DNA from: an uncultured Chlamydiales bacterium
Lineage (GTDB): Bacteria; Chlamydiota; Chlamydiia; Chlamydiales; Rhabdochlamydiaceae
Reading direction: 5' to 3'
NCBI GenBank assembly: GCA_963700985.1
Contig: OY969554.1
Coordinates: forward strand, 1,696,001 to 1,760,000
DNA length: 64,000 nt
Shown here: piece after piece, positions 1 to 8,897 of the stretch
How positions within the stretch are numbered: the first letter of the stretch is position 1
How the letters are laid out: the number at the start of each line of letters is the position of its first letter
The notes under the pieces: model-generated
Told to the model about the DNA's origin: nothing
The model's input: only the letters and a program-made list of their open reading frames with translations
Database searches by the model: none
Made by a program: the position numbers and the translations under genes

Positions 1-734
1 ATACAATACCCTTCTAAACTGTAGAGCTCTCCAGTAATGTACGCTTGTACTAGCCATTCAAAATCACCTAAATTGTTTAACCCAGCTCTTACTAATAGGG
101 TGCAAATCTCCGTTTCACTCAATTTTTCTTGAAGCTTAATTGTACCCAGCGCGCCTGAGCCACGAGAAGGTTTGACAACTACAGCGCCATGCAAGTCTAT
201 CATGTGATGGATCTCTTTGAGAGGTATCGCGTTCATTGAAAAGTAGAGGGTTTTGGGGCTGTATTCTGGAATGAGCTGCGAGACTAGTTTTTTATCCGTC
301 AGCCTTAAAATGGCTTGATCAGGACCGGGTACATTGAATTTCTCCGCTAAGCGACGTGCGATTGGCAATCTCATATCTGTAAGAGATGTAATACCGGCCA
401 CTTCTCCAAATTGTTCCCAGTGCTCTTCTAAAAATTTTTCCGCATTTTCATATGAACTTACATCTACATCATACCATTCGCACTGGCGGACATCATTTGC
501 AACCTGCGGAGAGTAGCCTTTCATGTCTGCAAGTATTACGGGCTCATAACCTAAGCCATTCACGGCGCTTTTTATATATTTTGCAATAGCCCATGCTGTC
601 GCTACTATAATGATCTTTTTCGGTTTCTGTTCCTCATGTGAACTAGTTGCGAGCGATTCTTCCTGAGCGGAGATTGATACAGAAGCATTAAGGGTCAATA
701 AAAACAGAAAAGTTACAAGAAATTTATACTTCAT
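1..734 (-). CDS. ATP-grasp domain protein (L-amino acid ligase-like) with N-terminal signal peptide; 3' end runs off the window
   Basis: Absent from the ORF track. Hand translation from ATG 734 (SD GAGG upstream) is open to base 1: MKYKFLVTFLFLLTLNASVSISAQEE...LTDKKLV...VVVKPSRGSGALG...WLVQAYITGELYSLEGY, which are ATP-grasp motifs. Confidence 0.8.
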   Translation of the reverse strand, partial: MKYKFLVTFLFLLTLNASVSISAQEESLATSSHEEQKPKKIIIVATAWAIAKYIKSAVNGLGYEPVILADMKGYSPQVANDVRQCEWYDVDVSSYENAEKFLEEHWEQFGEVAGITSLTDMRLPIARRLAEKFNVPGPDQAILRLTDKKLVSQLIPEYSPKTLYFSMNAIPLKEIHHMIDLHGAVVVKPSRGSGALGTIKLQEKLSETEICTLLVRAGLNNLGDFEWLVQAYITGELYSLEGYC

Positions 735-997
735 TTTTGCCTCACTAAATTTTACAGTGTTTTAAAAGAAAAGCATACATTTTAAAAAAAAATTATGGAA
801 TTGTCAATTTTAAATTTTGCACGTGCTTTTAGATTTCAAGCCTTTATTCATTCCGATCCATAGCATTCATTTTCTACTGTCTTACGAAGACTTCGCTTTC
901 AAAAAAACATTTAGTTTATATTCTTTTTCGCATCATTTTTTCTGTTAGCGATGAGAAAAATAACTGATCTAAAAACCACTCTTTAGAGAGGAAATAT

Positions 998-1304
998 ATG
1001 AGCGCAAGCTTCAGTATCAGCAAGTCATGCATCTCAGCAAGTGCAGCCAACAGTGCTTCAAACTTCGCAGGAGCCAGTTTATGTTCCGCAAGATCAAAAA
1101 TCTCAAGGCGCAGACTTGGGTGCAAGTTCTATCGCAGCTGCAAAACTTTCTGCGGTTTTCTCTGACCCTGTTGCATTAAGTCAGCTTGGCGCGTTGCTTG
1201 CACTAGGATTGGGCCCCAAAAGTCAGACTTTATCTCTTCCAGAGGGCAATTATGTTGGCGAAGTTGTCGATGGTAAGCAGCAAGCTTTCTGCGTCATACT
1301 CTGA
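998..1304 (+). pseudogene. Frameshifted, truncated MORN-repeat/effector-like gene remnant
   Basis: ATG 998 follows SD GAGAGG. Removing one A at about 1007 joins MSA to ASVSASHASQQVQPTV (ORF 1041-1304). The ORF stops just after one MORN-like start, EGNYVGEVVDGKQQ. Confidence 0.55.
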
Positions 1305-1483
1305 AAACTCTGCGATGTCATCATAGCCGGCCCATATAAAGTGGACGAAATCGACAGTCGGAAGAAAGAAGTTTTGCGTAAAAAGCTCTTATCCCGCGTT
1401 TCTATCATCCATTTTTTGCGGGGGGTTCCTCTTGTTTGTAACGGAGAAGCTCATTATGCTTTTCGGGTAAATATGAGGTTTTT

Positions 1484-2941
1484 ATGTCAGCAATACAATT
1501 AACAGATCCGAGTGCAAGATGAGCCATCTTAGCGAATATTCATGCGTTGAGTGATGGGATCGCTGCCAAAAGCAGATTCGAAGAGCGTGTTCCGGAAGAT
1601 ATGATGCATTCTATTTTTGATGTTTTTCTCACTCTCAGAGAAAGCGCTCAAGCATTGCCATGTAGCCGTAACATGTATAAGGTGGTCTCTAAGACGCTAG
1701 GTCTTCAAAACATCCTTCCTCTGCTTTCACAAGGATTTACGAAGATCTCCATTGTAAATCCTCCTGCTCCTGACGGCACTCCTTTTTCAAAATATAGCCC
1801 GCCCTTGCGCTTTTCCTGTTTTAATTATGATCCAAGTTCTACGCACTTAATAACAGGGGACAATGGATCTGGGAAACGTACCAAGGTGAGGGTATGGGAT
1901 CGAGTTGGCAAGCTTGTATCTGAGTTACAAGGCGACTTTTTGCATAGCGTGAGATCAGTGCAGCTTGATATGCAAAGCAAACGTGCACTAGCTTCTGCTA
2001 GTAGTAATGATGATTCTTCTGTGAAGCTATGGGATCTTACGACAGGGAATCTGCTCTATGGGAAACGTCCCTTTTCGGTAAGTAACCCATCCGCTGTTTG
2101 TACTGGCTTAAATATGGGTAGTATTCTTTGTGGTGCGTCTAACGGTCGCATTCAATCGATCAACCCTGCTTTTCCCGGGGATCGTATAAAGTCCCCTTTT
2201 TTTGGTGAAGAAGACGGGAGCCGTGTAACATGGATTTGCGATGCTGCGCAAAGCGATAGGGTCTTTAGTTGTAATACAGAAAATGTGCTGAAAATTTGGG
2301 ATCGAAACACGAGAACTTGTCTTTCTACAAGGAAAGAGGTCGCAAGCGAATCAGAGAAACTTTTCTACGCTGCTTCAGAAAATCGACTCTTTGTAGGGGC
2401 TAGCAAAAGATATGTGCACGAATTCAATGCTTCCACTGGAGTGCTTTGCAAGGTTTATGAGGTGTCTGATGAGACAGCCACGCTTTTCACTTGGCACTAT
2501 GATTCTGTAAAAAAATGGATCTTTGCTGGTTTTTATTGCAAAGTTGCAGAGGCAACAAAAACCAAGATTGTAGTTTGGGAGCAAAAAACAAGTAAGGTTC
2601 TTTACACATTTATAATTTCAGTTGCTAAGGGAAATCGCTATCCTCTTAAGCAGATCGACTTTGATCCAATTTCAAATACGCTACTTACCGCTGGCCGTGG
2701 AGTGCAACTATGGAGGCTATCCAATGCAACTGGCAAATTATTAGCAGTAATCTCTAAAGACGGTGACGCGCGGGTCAAGTGGGACCGCAACAATGCTTTG
2801 CTTGCTATATTCAAAAAATATCGAGATGAATCTGATCCAGAATCTGGAACATTAACGCTTTTGGACTACTCTAACCCCTCATTGCAGAAGCCAAAAGCCC
2901 GAGAAGAATCCAAGGAATTTAAAGAAGGAAAAGGAGAATAG
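1484..2941 (+). CDS. F-box-like/WD40-repeat protein, eukaryote-like effector candidate; in-frame TGA at 1520-1522 (possible pseudogene, readthrough, or TTG 1547 start)
   Basis: ERVPEDMMHSIFDVFLTLRESAQALPCSRNMYKV is F-box-like. WD repeats: VRVWD, VKLWD, LKIWD, IVVWE, VQLWR. The SD-bearing ATG 1484 is in frame with 1547-2941 but is interrupted by TGA. Confidence 0.7.
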
Positions 2942-3075
2942 TTCCTTTAATAGGCATTGGTTAGGTTTTTCAAATATTCTCTTGGCATTTAGTGTTTAAA
3001 TATTTTTTTAGAGCTCCCGTTCTATTGTTTAAATCTTTATAATTTTAACAATTTTATAATGAAGGAGCTTTAACT

Positions 3076-3489
3076 ATGTGTGTAGCAATAAGTGAAAGAG
3101 AATTCGCAAATTCTAATTATAGCATGGCTTCATTTTCAGGGTATCTGGCTAATCGCGTTGTGGGCTTTGCCAATGGGCCTGACGATCGCGAGATGTCTTG
3201 TATGGAAATGCTCGGCCGTCGAGTCGCAGCAGAGCTTTGCTATGCGCTTCTATGCGTTACGGCATTGATTGAAACGGTTGTGCGCCTGGCGATGACTTTG
3301 ATTGCGGTTTTACTTGTTTCCCTTTTTGTCGATGATGGTGCAAAATCTTTGAAAATATTTGCACTTACCAGTTTGCAATACGGAATCGACGCGGCTTTAC
3401 GTTGTTTTATGGCCCTTGGGCACAATCTCAAGTGCAATAAAGTAGACTACAAAGATCTTGGCCTCTGTCAAATGTCATTATGGGTCTAA
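3076..3489 (+). CDS. Inc-like membrane protein, paralog 1 of 3
   Basis: SD GGAG; long bilobed hydrophobic stretch; motif shared with the next two genes. Confidence 0.65.
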   Translation: MCVAISEREFANSNYSMASFSGYLANRVVGFANGPDDREMSCMEMLGRRVAAELCYALLCVTALIETVVRLAMTLIAVLLVSLFVDDGAKSLKIFALTSLQYGIDAALRCFMALGHNLKCNKVDYKDLGLCQMSLWV

Positions 3490-3490
3490 C

Positions 3491-3892
3491 ATGTGCGTTA
3501 ATATAAGCAATCAGAGCGTGGCTAATTATGATGTGATAGATCTATCTGCCACCGCCTATCTCATCAACTTAATTACAGAATTTCGTAACGATCAAGACTC
3601 ATCAGAGGTTATAAAGGTTGGCAAAAAAGTGATCGGAGCACTCTGCTTTGCAGGCTTGCTGATCGCTGCCGCTCTCGAGCATCTCATGCGTATGGTATTT
3701 GCCGCTCTGGCCGCTTTACCTGCGGCTTTATGCTTTTCTGATGGCGCAAGCTGGGCGGGCAGAATGGCCGGGATGTCTTGGGTCTTTCTAGGCGACCATG
3801 TGGCGCGCTGTGTAGTAGCGCAGGTGAAGAATATTGCAGAGAGTAAATTTTCTTTTGAAGATCTTGCTCCTTGTCCGATTTTTGCCCTTTAA
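3491..3892 (+). CDS. Inc-like membrane protein, paralog 2 of 3
   Basis: ATG 3491 (MCVNISNQ) lies 1 nt after the previous stop; same hydrophobic core and D-x3-RC motif. Confidence 0.65.
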   Translation: MCVNISNQSVANYDVIDLSATAYLINLITEFRNDQDSSEVIKVGKKVIGALCFAGLLIAAALEHLMRMVFAALAALPAALCFSDGASWAGRMAGMSWVFLGDHVARCVVAQVKNIAESKFSFEDLAPCPIFAL

Positions 3893-3927
3893 AGAAGCGT
3901 AAGTTTAACAAAAAGAGAGGAGGTTTT

Positions 3928-4566
3928 ATGTGTTATGGTCTAACAAACAATAATATGCGTTCTTACGAGCAGTCCGATAACTGCTTAGCACCAGTAGCTG
4001 GTTTTGCTCTTTATGAAGTAAATTATTTTGTTCTCAATTTGAATTATTGTGAGTGGACGGCGCAGTATGCTGCTGGAAAGATCCTAGGCTCTCTAGGTTA
4101 TATGGCTGTTATGGTAGCTGCTGTAGTTGAAGCGGTGGTTCTTTTGGCTTTAAGCGTAATTGCACTTTTACCTTCTGTGCTGTTTAAAAATGGCCTTGGC
4201 CACGTTGCGATAGTTGCTTACACGGCGATGATATCGCTTATAGACACACCTGTACGTTGTGTTTCTGGGTTTGTTCAAAACGTATTGTTAAATCAAGAAA
4301 AAAGCTTCGAAAGGCTCAATCTTTTAACGTGCTTGGGTTCTTTTTCCTCTTCTTGTGCACGCTCTGAAGCTGTACCTGTGCCTGATGCTGAAGATGACGT
4401 GGCGGATGAAGAACTTTTTGCGCAAGTTCAAGAGATTGTGGCGAAGGGATCCAAGTTGGCCAATGAGGACAAAGAGAAAAAAGGATTACTCCGCAAGTTA
4501 GCTGATAGGTTCAATCTTTTTCAAAAACAGAAATCAGAAAGAGATCTGTCCGGGAAAAAAACCTAA
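3928..4566 (+). CDS. Inc-like membrane protein, paralog 3 of 3, with charged C-terminal tail
   Basis: SD GGAGG before ATG 3928 (MCYGLTNN); same core followed by an acidic then basic tail. Confidence 0.65.
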   Translation: MCYGLTNNNMRSYEQSDNCLAPVAGFALYEVNYFVLNLNYCEWTAQYAAGKILGSLGYMAVMVAAVVEAVVLLALSVIALLPSVLFKNGLGHVAIVAYTAMISLIDTPVRCVSGFVQNVLLNQEKSFERLNLLTCLGSFSSSCARSEAVPVPDAEDDVADEELFAQVQEIVAKGSKLANEDKEKKGLLRKLADRFNLFQKQKSERDLSGKKT

Positions 4567-4573
4567 AAACCTC

Positions 4574-5995
4574 TTAGCAATTGATCTTTTCGGGCGCCCT
4601 TTTGGCGCCCTTTTTTTTATCTACTTCTGCTGCATGCAAACGCACTTCAATCGCCATACCTGTAACAGGCCTTTCTTTAAGCAGGTTGAGTGCCGCTTCG
4701 GCTACTTGAGAGGGAGTGAGAAGCTTATTTAGATCCTCTTCGGGGAAATAAGCGCTGCGCATGCGCGAATGCGTGCGTTGTGGAATAAGCGTGTTTACAT
4801 TTAGCTCAGGTCTCTCTTCGGCCAGGGCTTGTGTGAAATTCACCACGGCCGCTTTGGCCGCGGAGTAGATTGCATACGTTTTTCTGCCGCGTGAATAGGC
4901 AGAGGAGGCGATGTTTATCATGTCGCCCCCTTCTTTGATCTCTGCAAATTTGCATGCAAAAATCACGCTGGTGAGATTAGCGGCAATCAGTTCTTCGATC
5001 TCTTGAGTCGTAAGCTCTTCCACGGCTTTTAACTTAAATAATCCGACGCAATTGATTAGTCCATCAATCGGACCATGTTCTTGCGCGAGCTTCGCAAAAA
5101 TCTTTTGTGTTTGTTCAGGCGAGGTGAGATCCGCGGCATACTCTGGGGCACTGCGCGAAAGCAATAGTGGCGTTGCCCCTTCCAGACGCAGAAGTTTTGC
5201 AATGGCCTGTCCAATATCGCCGGTGCCTCCAGTAATCGCATAGCATTTACCCTGAATAGAGCGGCTTTCGGCGTGAAGGTTGGGTTTTGGGCGCGTACGC
5301 CGAAAAAGCTGTTCGGCCAGATAGAGGTCGAGATCTGTAGTGATCTTAATGTTCGACTCTTCTCCTTTGGCAACATGAATGGGGTGGCCTAAAGCCAAGA
5401 CAAGCGCGCAATCATCGGTTGCAGTGAGGTTTTTGGTGCGTGCCTCTTCGTGCGCCTTCAGAATAAGGGGATAGGAGAAGCTTTGAGGAGTCTGGCCTCG
5501 CAGATACTCGTGCCGTGGTGGAATCGTATCAATGGTTTCAGAATTGCCTGAATGTACAATCGTATCTGCCGAGGGGATGCACGTATCTGCTGCGCCATGC
5601 AGCTTTGCGATTCGTATGTTTTCCTGTAAAATTTCTTCCGAGACAAAAGGCCGAACGGCATCGTGGATGACCACGTGGCTGGTCTCTTTGGGGCAGGCTA
5701 AAAGTCCAAGATAAGAGGAGTCTTGGCGTGTCTCTCCACCGGCAACGATACGGATTTTATCTCGGCTCAATTCTGGCAGAAGAGTTTTAAGCTCCTTTTC
5801 TACTTCTTCGCTCCATTCCATCGGACAGACTAAAATAATCTGTGCAAATAGCTCGCAAGCGAGAAAACTCTCAAGCGTGTGTATATAGATTTTTTTGCCC
5901 GCTAGCGTATGGAACTGCTTGGGCAGAGAGCTCTTAAACCGGGCGCCTCTTCCCCCCATGAGGAGGATGGCATTGATCAAAACTTGTGTGTGCAT
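4574..5995 (-). CDS. Bifunctional IspD/TarI-type cytidylyltransferase fused to SDR reductase (Bcs1/Acs1-like CDP-ribitol synthase)
   Basis: N-terminal GGRGARF..PKQF, GGETRQDS, HDAVRP, QTPQSF, NIKITT. C-terminal TGGTGDIG and SSAYSRGRKTYAIYSAAKAAVVN. Start chosen at ATG 5995 to avoid overlapping the tRNA. Confidence 0.8.
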   Translation of the reverse strand: MHTQVLINAILLMGGRGARFKSSLPKQFHTLAGKKIYIHTLESFLACELFAQIILVCPMEWSEEVEKELKTLLPELSRDKIRIVAGGETRQDSSYLGLLACPKETSHVVIHDAVRPFVSEEILQENIRIAKLHGAADTCIPSADTIVHSGNSETIDTIPPRHEYLRGQTPQSFSYPLILKAHEEARTKNLTATDDCALVLALGHPIHVAKGEESNIKITTDLDLYLAEQLFRRTRPKPNLHAESRSIQGKCYAITGGTGDIGQAIAKLLRLEGATPLLLSRSAPEYAADLTSPEQTQKIFAKLAQEHGPIDGLINCVGLFKLKAVEELTTQEIEELIAANLTSVIFACKFAEIKEGGDMINIASSAYSRGRKTYAIYSAAKAAVVNFTQALAEERPELNVNTLIPQRTHSRMRSAYFPEEDLNKLLTPSQVAEAALNLLKERPVTGMAIEVRLHAAEVDKKKGAKRAPEKINC

Positions 5996-6019
5996 TAGAG
6001 TTTTCAGCATATCAGATAA

Positions 6020-6092
6020 GCCTAAGTAGCTCAACTGGCAGAGCAGCGCATTCGTAATGCGAAGGTTGTCGGTTCAATTCCGGTCTTAGGCA
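6020..6092 (+). tRNA. tRNA-Thr(CGT)
   Basis: Acceptor stem GCCTAAG/CTTAGGC; D-arm GCTCAACTGGCAGAGC; anticodon arm CGCA-TTCGTAA-TGCG; T-loop GGTTCAATTCC; CCA not encoded. Confidence 0.95.
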
Positions 6093-6095
6093 GTT

Positions 6096-7166
6096 TCAAG
6101 TTTTAAGTTCGACGCCCTGTAACTGTTTGTGCACGAATTCGGCGCGGCGGTGAGAGAGCGCTTGCAGGTCGGTGCTCTTTTCTGGGAAGAGATTCGAGAG
6201 GTGGGCGTGGCGGCATTTAAAGAAGATGTCGTTGATTTTGCTGTCGCTGACGCCGGTCACGAGGCCGAGGTCGATGCCGAGTTTCAGCAGGCTTAGGGCA
6301 TCCAAGGTCTCTTTGGTCTGAAGCTGATAGGAGTGTAAGAGTAGTCCATAGGCGCGGCTGATCTGATCTTTGATATCAGCATTACTCTCACTTTTAAGCT
6401 GAGTGCGTTGGCCTTTTTCGAGGGCCATGAGCTTCATGGCGGTCATGTGCAATGCGCGTAAGATGTTCTCTTCAGAGATGCCCAAGGTGTAGTTATTTTT
6501 AAGCACAACAATGTCACCGAGGATCTCATCTATATTGCCGAGCAAGCTCGTTGCTACGACTTCTTCTTCTTTCTGTTTAACTAGCGCTTCTTGCAGCTTC
6601 CCAGTATGGATGAGAGCTGGCAGATGCAGAAAGATCTGCACGATCAGCGCTGTGCCGCTGATATTGGGATCCGATGTGAGATAGCCGAATTTAGGTGAGA
6701 AAGCGAAGTCTAGCTTTTCACCGATAGCACTTTCGATCTTATTTAGAGTATTCCAGGTGTTTTCCCAGGCGCCGGTGCTATCGAGTAGTTGAATTTGTAG
6801 ATGGTCTTCGATATTGATGAGAGCGAGAAATTTGGCGCTTTCATCGATGATGAAGCCTTGAGCTCCGGTGGTATTTTGAAAGCTCTCAAAACAGAGAAAG
6901 TGTTCGAACAAGAACTCTTTATCCAGAGGAGTAATCTCATCGGCTTTTAGCAATTTCGGTTTATCGAGATTGCAAGCAGAGATCAGCGTCTCTTGAAGGG
7001 CGTTAAATATGCGCATGGATTGCGGTGCTTGCAGTTTAGGCGGGAAGTTGTAACGCGCGAGGTTACGATGCAGAGTAAAGCTTGAGGCTGGCCAGATGGG
7101 ATTAACCTCATCTAGCCAGGGCGTGTGTTCAAACAGAGTGGTAGGCAGGTTATGCTTTTCTGTCAT
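6096..7166 (-). CDS. mcsB: Protein arginine kinase McsB family (ATP:guanido phosphotransferase)
   Basis: LHRNLARYNFP, INIEDHLQIQ, FAFSPKFGYLTSDP, RAYGLL; downstream of and overlapping mcsA. Confidence 0.88.
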   Translation of the reverse strand: MTEKHNLPTTLFEHTPWLDEVNPIWPASSFTLHRNLARYNFPPKLQAPQSMRIFNALQETLISACNLDKPKLLKADEITPLDKEFLFEHFLCFESFQNTTGAQGFIIDESAKFLALINIEDHLQIQLLDSTGAWENTWNTLNKIESAIGEKLDFAFSPKFGYLTSDPNISGTALIVQIFLHLPALIHTGKLQEALVKQKEEEVVATSLLGNIDEILGDIVVLKNNYTLGISEENILRALHMTAMKLMALEKGQRTQLKSESNADIKDQISRAYGLLLHSYQLQTKETLDALSLLKLGIDLGLVTGVSDSKINDIFFKCRHAHLSNLFPEKSTDLQALSHRRAEFVHKQLQGVELKT

Positions 7167-7671
7167 GAGGCTCATCAGTGAGAACTTTGATCTGATCGCG
7201 CAGCCAGGCTGCTTGCTCATAGTTTTCAACTTTGAGCGCTTCGTTTAAAGCTTCGTTTAATGCAATAAGGCGTGTGGCGGTAGCGATGGTCACTGGTTTT
7301 TCAGGTGTCTTTCCGACGTGGATGGGTTGATTGCGTTTCATGATCAGGCTCTTTTTTAGTTTTTCGGGAATGCTGTTCGATTCTATTAGCAGTGAGGTTA
7401 GGACGTCGGCAAAAACTGCATAGCATTCACTGCAACCTACAGGATTTCCGGTCTTAACCGATTCAAGAGTATTAAGGCAATTGGCACAGCATAAGCCAGT
7501 CTCGCCCTCTTGATTAGATGGGGAGGGAGGTATTTCACCGTAAAGCTTCTGTTGTAGAACTGGGCAATCTGCGCACATGTCAGTGCGTATTGTCGTTTGA
7601 CTATCGATTTCCTTGTAGATCACCTTGATGGGTTTCTTGCAATGCGTGCATTCTACGGGTCTTTCGGCCAT
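7150..7671 (-). CDS. mcsA: McsA (CxxC motifs plus UVR domain)
   Basis: Four CxxC motifs and C-terminal ENYEQAAWLRDQI. Confidence 0.92.
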   Translation of the reverse strand: MAERPVECTHCKKPIKVIYKEIDSQTTIRTDMCADCPVLQQKLYGEIPPSPSNQEGETGLCCANCLNTLESVKTGNPVGCSECYAVFADVLTSLLIESNSIPEKLKKSLIMKRNQPIHVGKTPEKPVTIATATRLIALNEALNEALKVENYEQAAWLRDQIKVLTDEPHDRKA

Positions 7672-7721
7672 TTCAATCCCTATGGTTTTCTGGATTGTAG
7701 AAAATTTTGCGTAAAGCGCAA

Positions 7722-8897
7722 CTATTTATCTGTAGGGACCGAATTTTTAGCCAAGATGGGCCGAGGCATGAGCACGACGAAGAAAAGAATAAGGAAGAGC
7801 AGACCGCCTAAGCTCGCAATGGCATTGAGATAGGGCTCTTCAGTGTAGAATTTGGCGAGGAAGCCCGCAAAAGCTGGGCATAAATTCGAAAAACACCAGG
7901 CAAAGCCCATCAAGAGAGCTGAAACGGTGCTTGGACTTTCTGGGACAAGGCGGTTCCCCCAGGAGACGATGATCGGATTGATGATTCCCAAAAATGCGCC
8001 AAGTCCACTTAAGAGAAGCGCTGCGTATCCGAGAGAAAGGCCAGGATGCGTTAAGAAGATATAGAAGAAAATCAAAGCGCAGCTGACCACCGATAAGAGC
8101 ACCTTTTTTTGACCATAACGATCACATAGCTTCCCTGCAGGAATCATGGTCAGGGCCGAACCGAGTACAAAGCAGAGGTGTCCTCCGCCCATGCAGAGCC
8201 AGCTGTCGCATTTGCGGGAAGCGAGAATATCGGGCAGAAGGAACATGAATGCCAGCACTAATCCTTGCACCGCTACCTGCGATAGATAGAGCAAAAAAAG
8301 GGGTTTACGGCAGTGCATGATCGGCTGGAAAAATCCTCGGAACGAAAGCGAGGGTTGAGCGAAGGTTTGCTGAGGGAAACGGTAGAATGCTAAGATAACT
8401 AGTAAAACGAGAAGTGGCGCGAAAATAATCACCGCGTGGCCTTGGAAAACTTCTCTAAGCTTCGTAAAGGCGAGTTGAGAGATTCCAAGGCCAATTGCTC
8501 CGCCTGAAGCAAAGAAGAGAATGGCCGATCCTTTTTTTTCTCCAGCTAAATTTCCTGTCATGCCCATAGCCGCAGGGTGGAAGGAGCCCGATCCGAGCAT
8601 CAGAAGCAAAAGCAGTAAAAATGAGCCAGAAATCCCCTGCACGAAAGTGATCCATAGAATTGAAGAGGAGAGCACGAGGCCAAGAAGCAGCACGCGTTTG
8701 CGATGGCCGCGGTCGCAGAAATAGCCGAAGAGCACCTGGAAGATCTCGCCGCAGAATCCACTAACCCCGGCGATGAGCCCAGCTTGCGCAATATCGATAT
8801 TTGCAAGTGTCTTGTAAATAGGCCAGATTCCCGTAAAGAAGTCCATGAAGAGATGGCTCAGCCACAAGAGCCAGAGGCTCTTAGTAAGAGAGTTCAT
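7722..8897 (-). CDS. MFS transporter (Fsr-like)
   Basis: About 12 TM segments; GYFCDRGHRKR and GKLCDRYGQKK MFS motifs; FHP motif. Confidence 0.85.
   Translation of the reverse strand: MNSLTKSLWLLWLSHLFMDFFTGIWPIYKTLANIDIAQAGLIAGVSGFCGEIFQVLFGYFCDRGHRKRVLLLGLVLSSSILWITFVQGISGSFLLLLLLMLGSGSFHPAAMGMTGNLAGEKKGSAILFFASGGAIGLGISQLAFTKLREVFQGHAVIIFAPLLVLLVILAFYRFPQQTFAQPSLSFRGFFQPIMHCRKPLFLLYLSQVAVQGLVLAFMFLLPDILASRKCDSWLCMGGGHLCFVLGSALTMIPAGKLCDRYGQKKVLLSVVSCALIFFYIFLTHPGLSLGYAALLLSGLGAFLGIINPIIVSWGNRLVPESPSTVSALLMGFAWCFSNLCPAFAGFLAKFYTEEPYLNAIASLGGLLFLILFFVVLMPRPILAKNSVPTDK

Noticed and set aside
1520-1557. UGA plus hairpin as a selenocysteine/SECIS site
   Set aside because: It lies in a non-catalytic N-terminal segment, the loop lacks the usual G-containing SECIS apex, and there are no sel genes in the window. 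Kept only as a generic recoding possibility.
4574-6034. Call as plain ispD with the ORF-track start at 6034
   Set aside because: The SDR fusion fits a Bcs1-like enzyme, and the 6034 start overlaps the tRNA.
6020-6092. tRNA as an island integration site
   Set aside because: No integrase and no duplicated tRNA 3' end were seen, and the 3' side abuts core mcsB.
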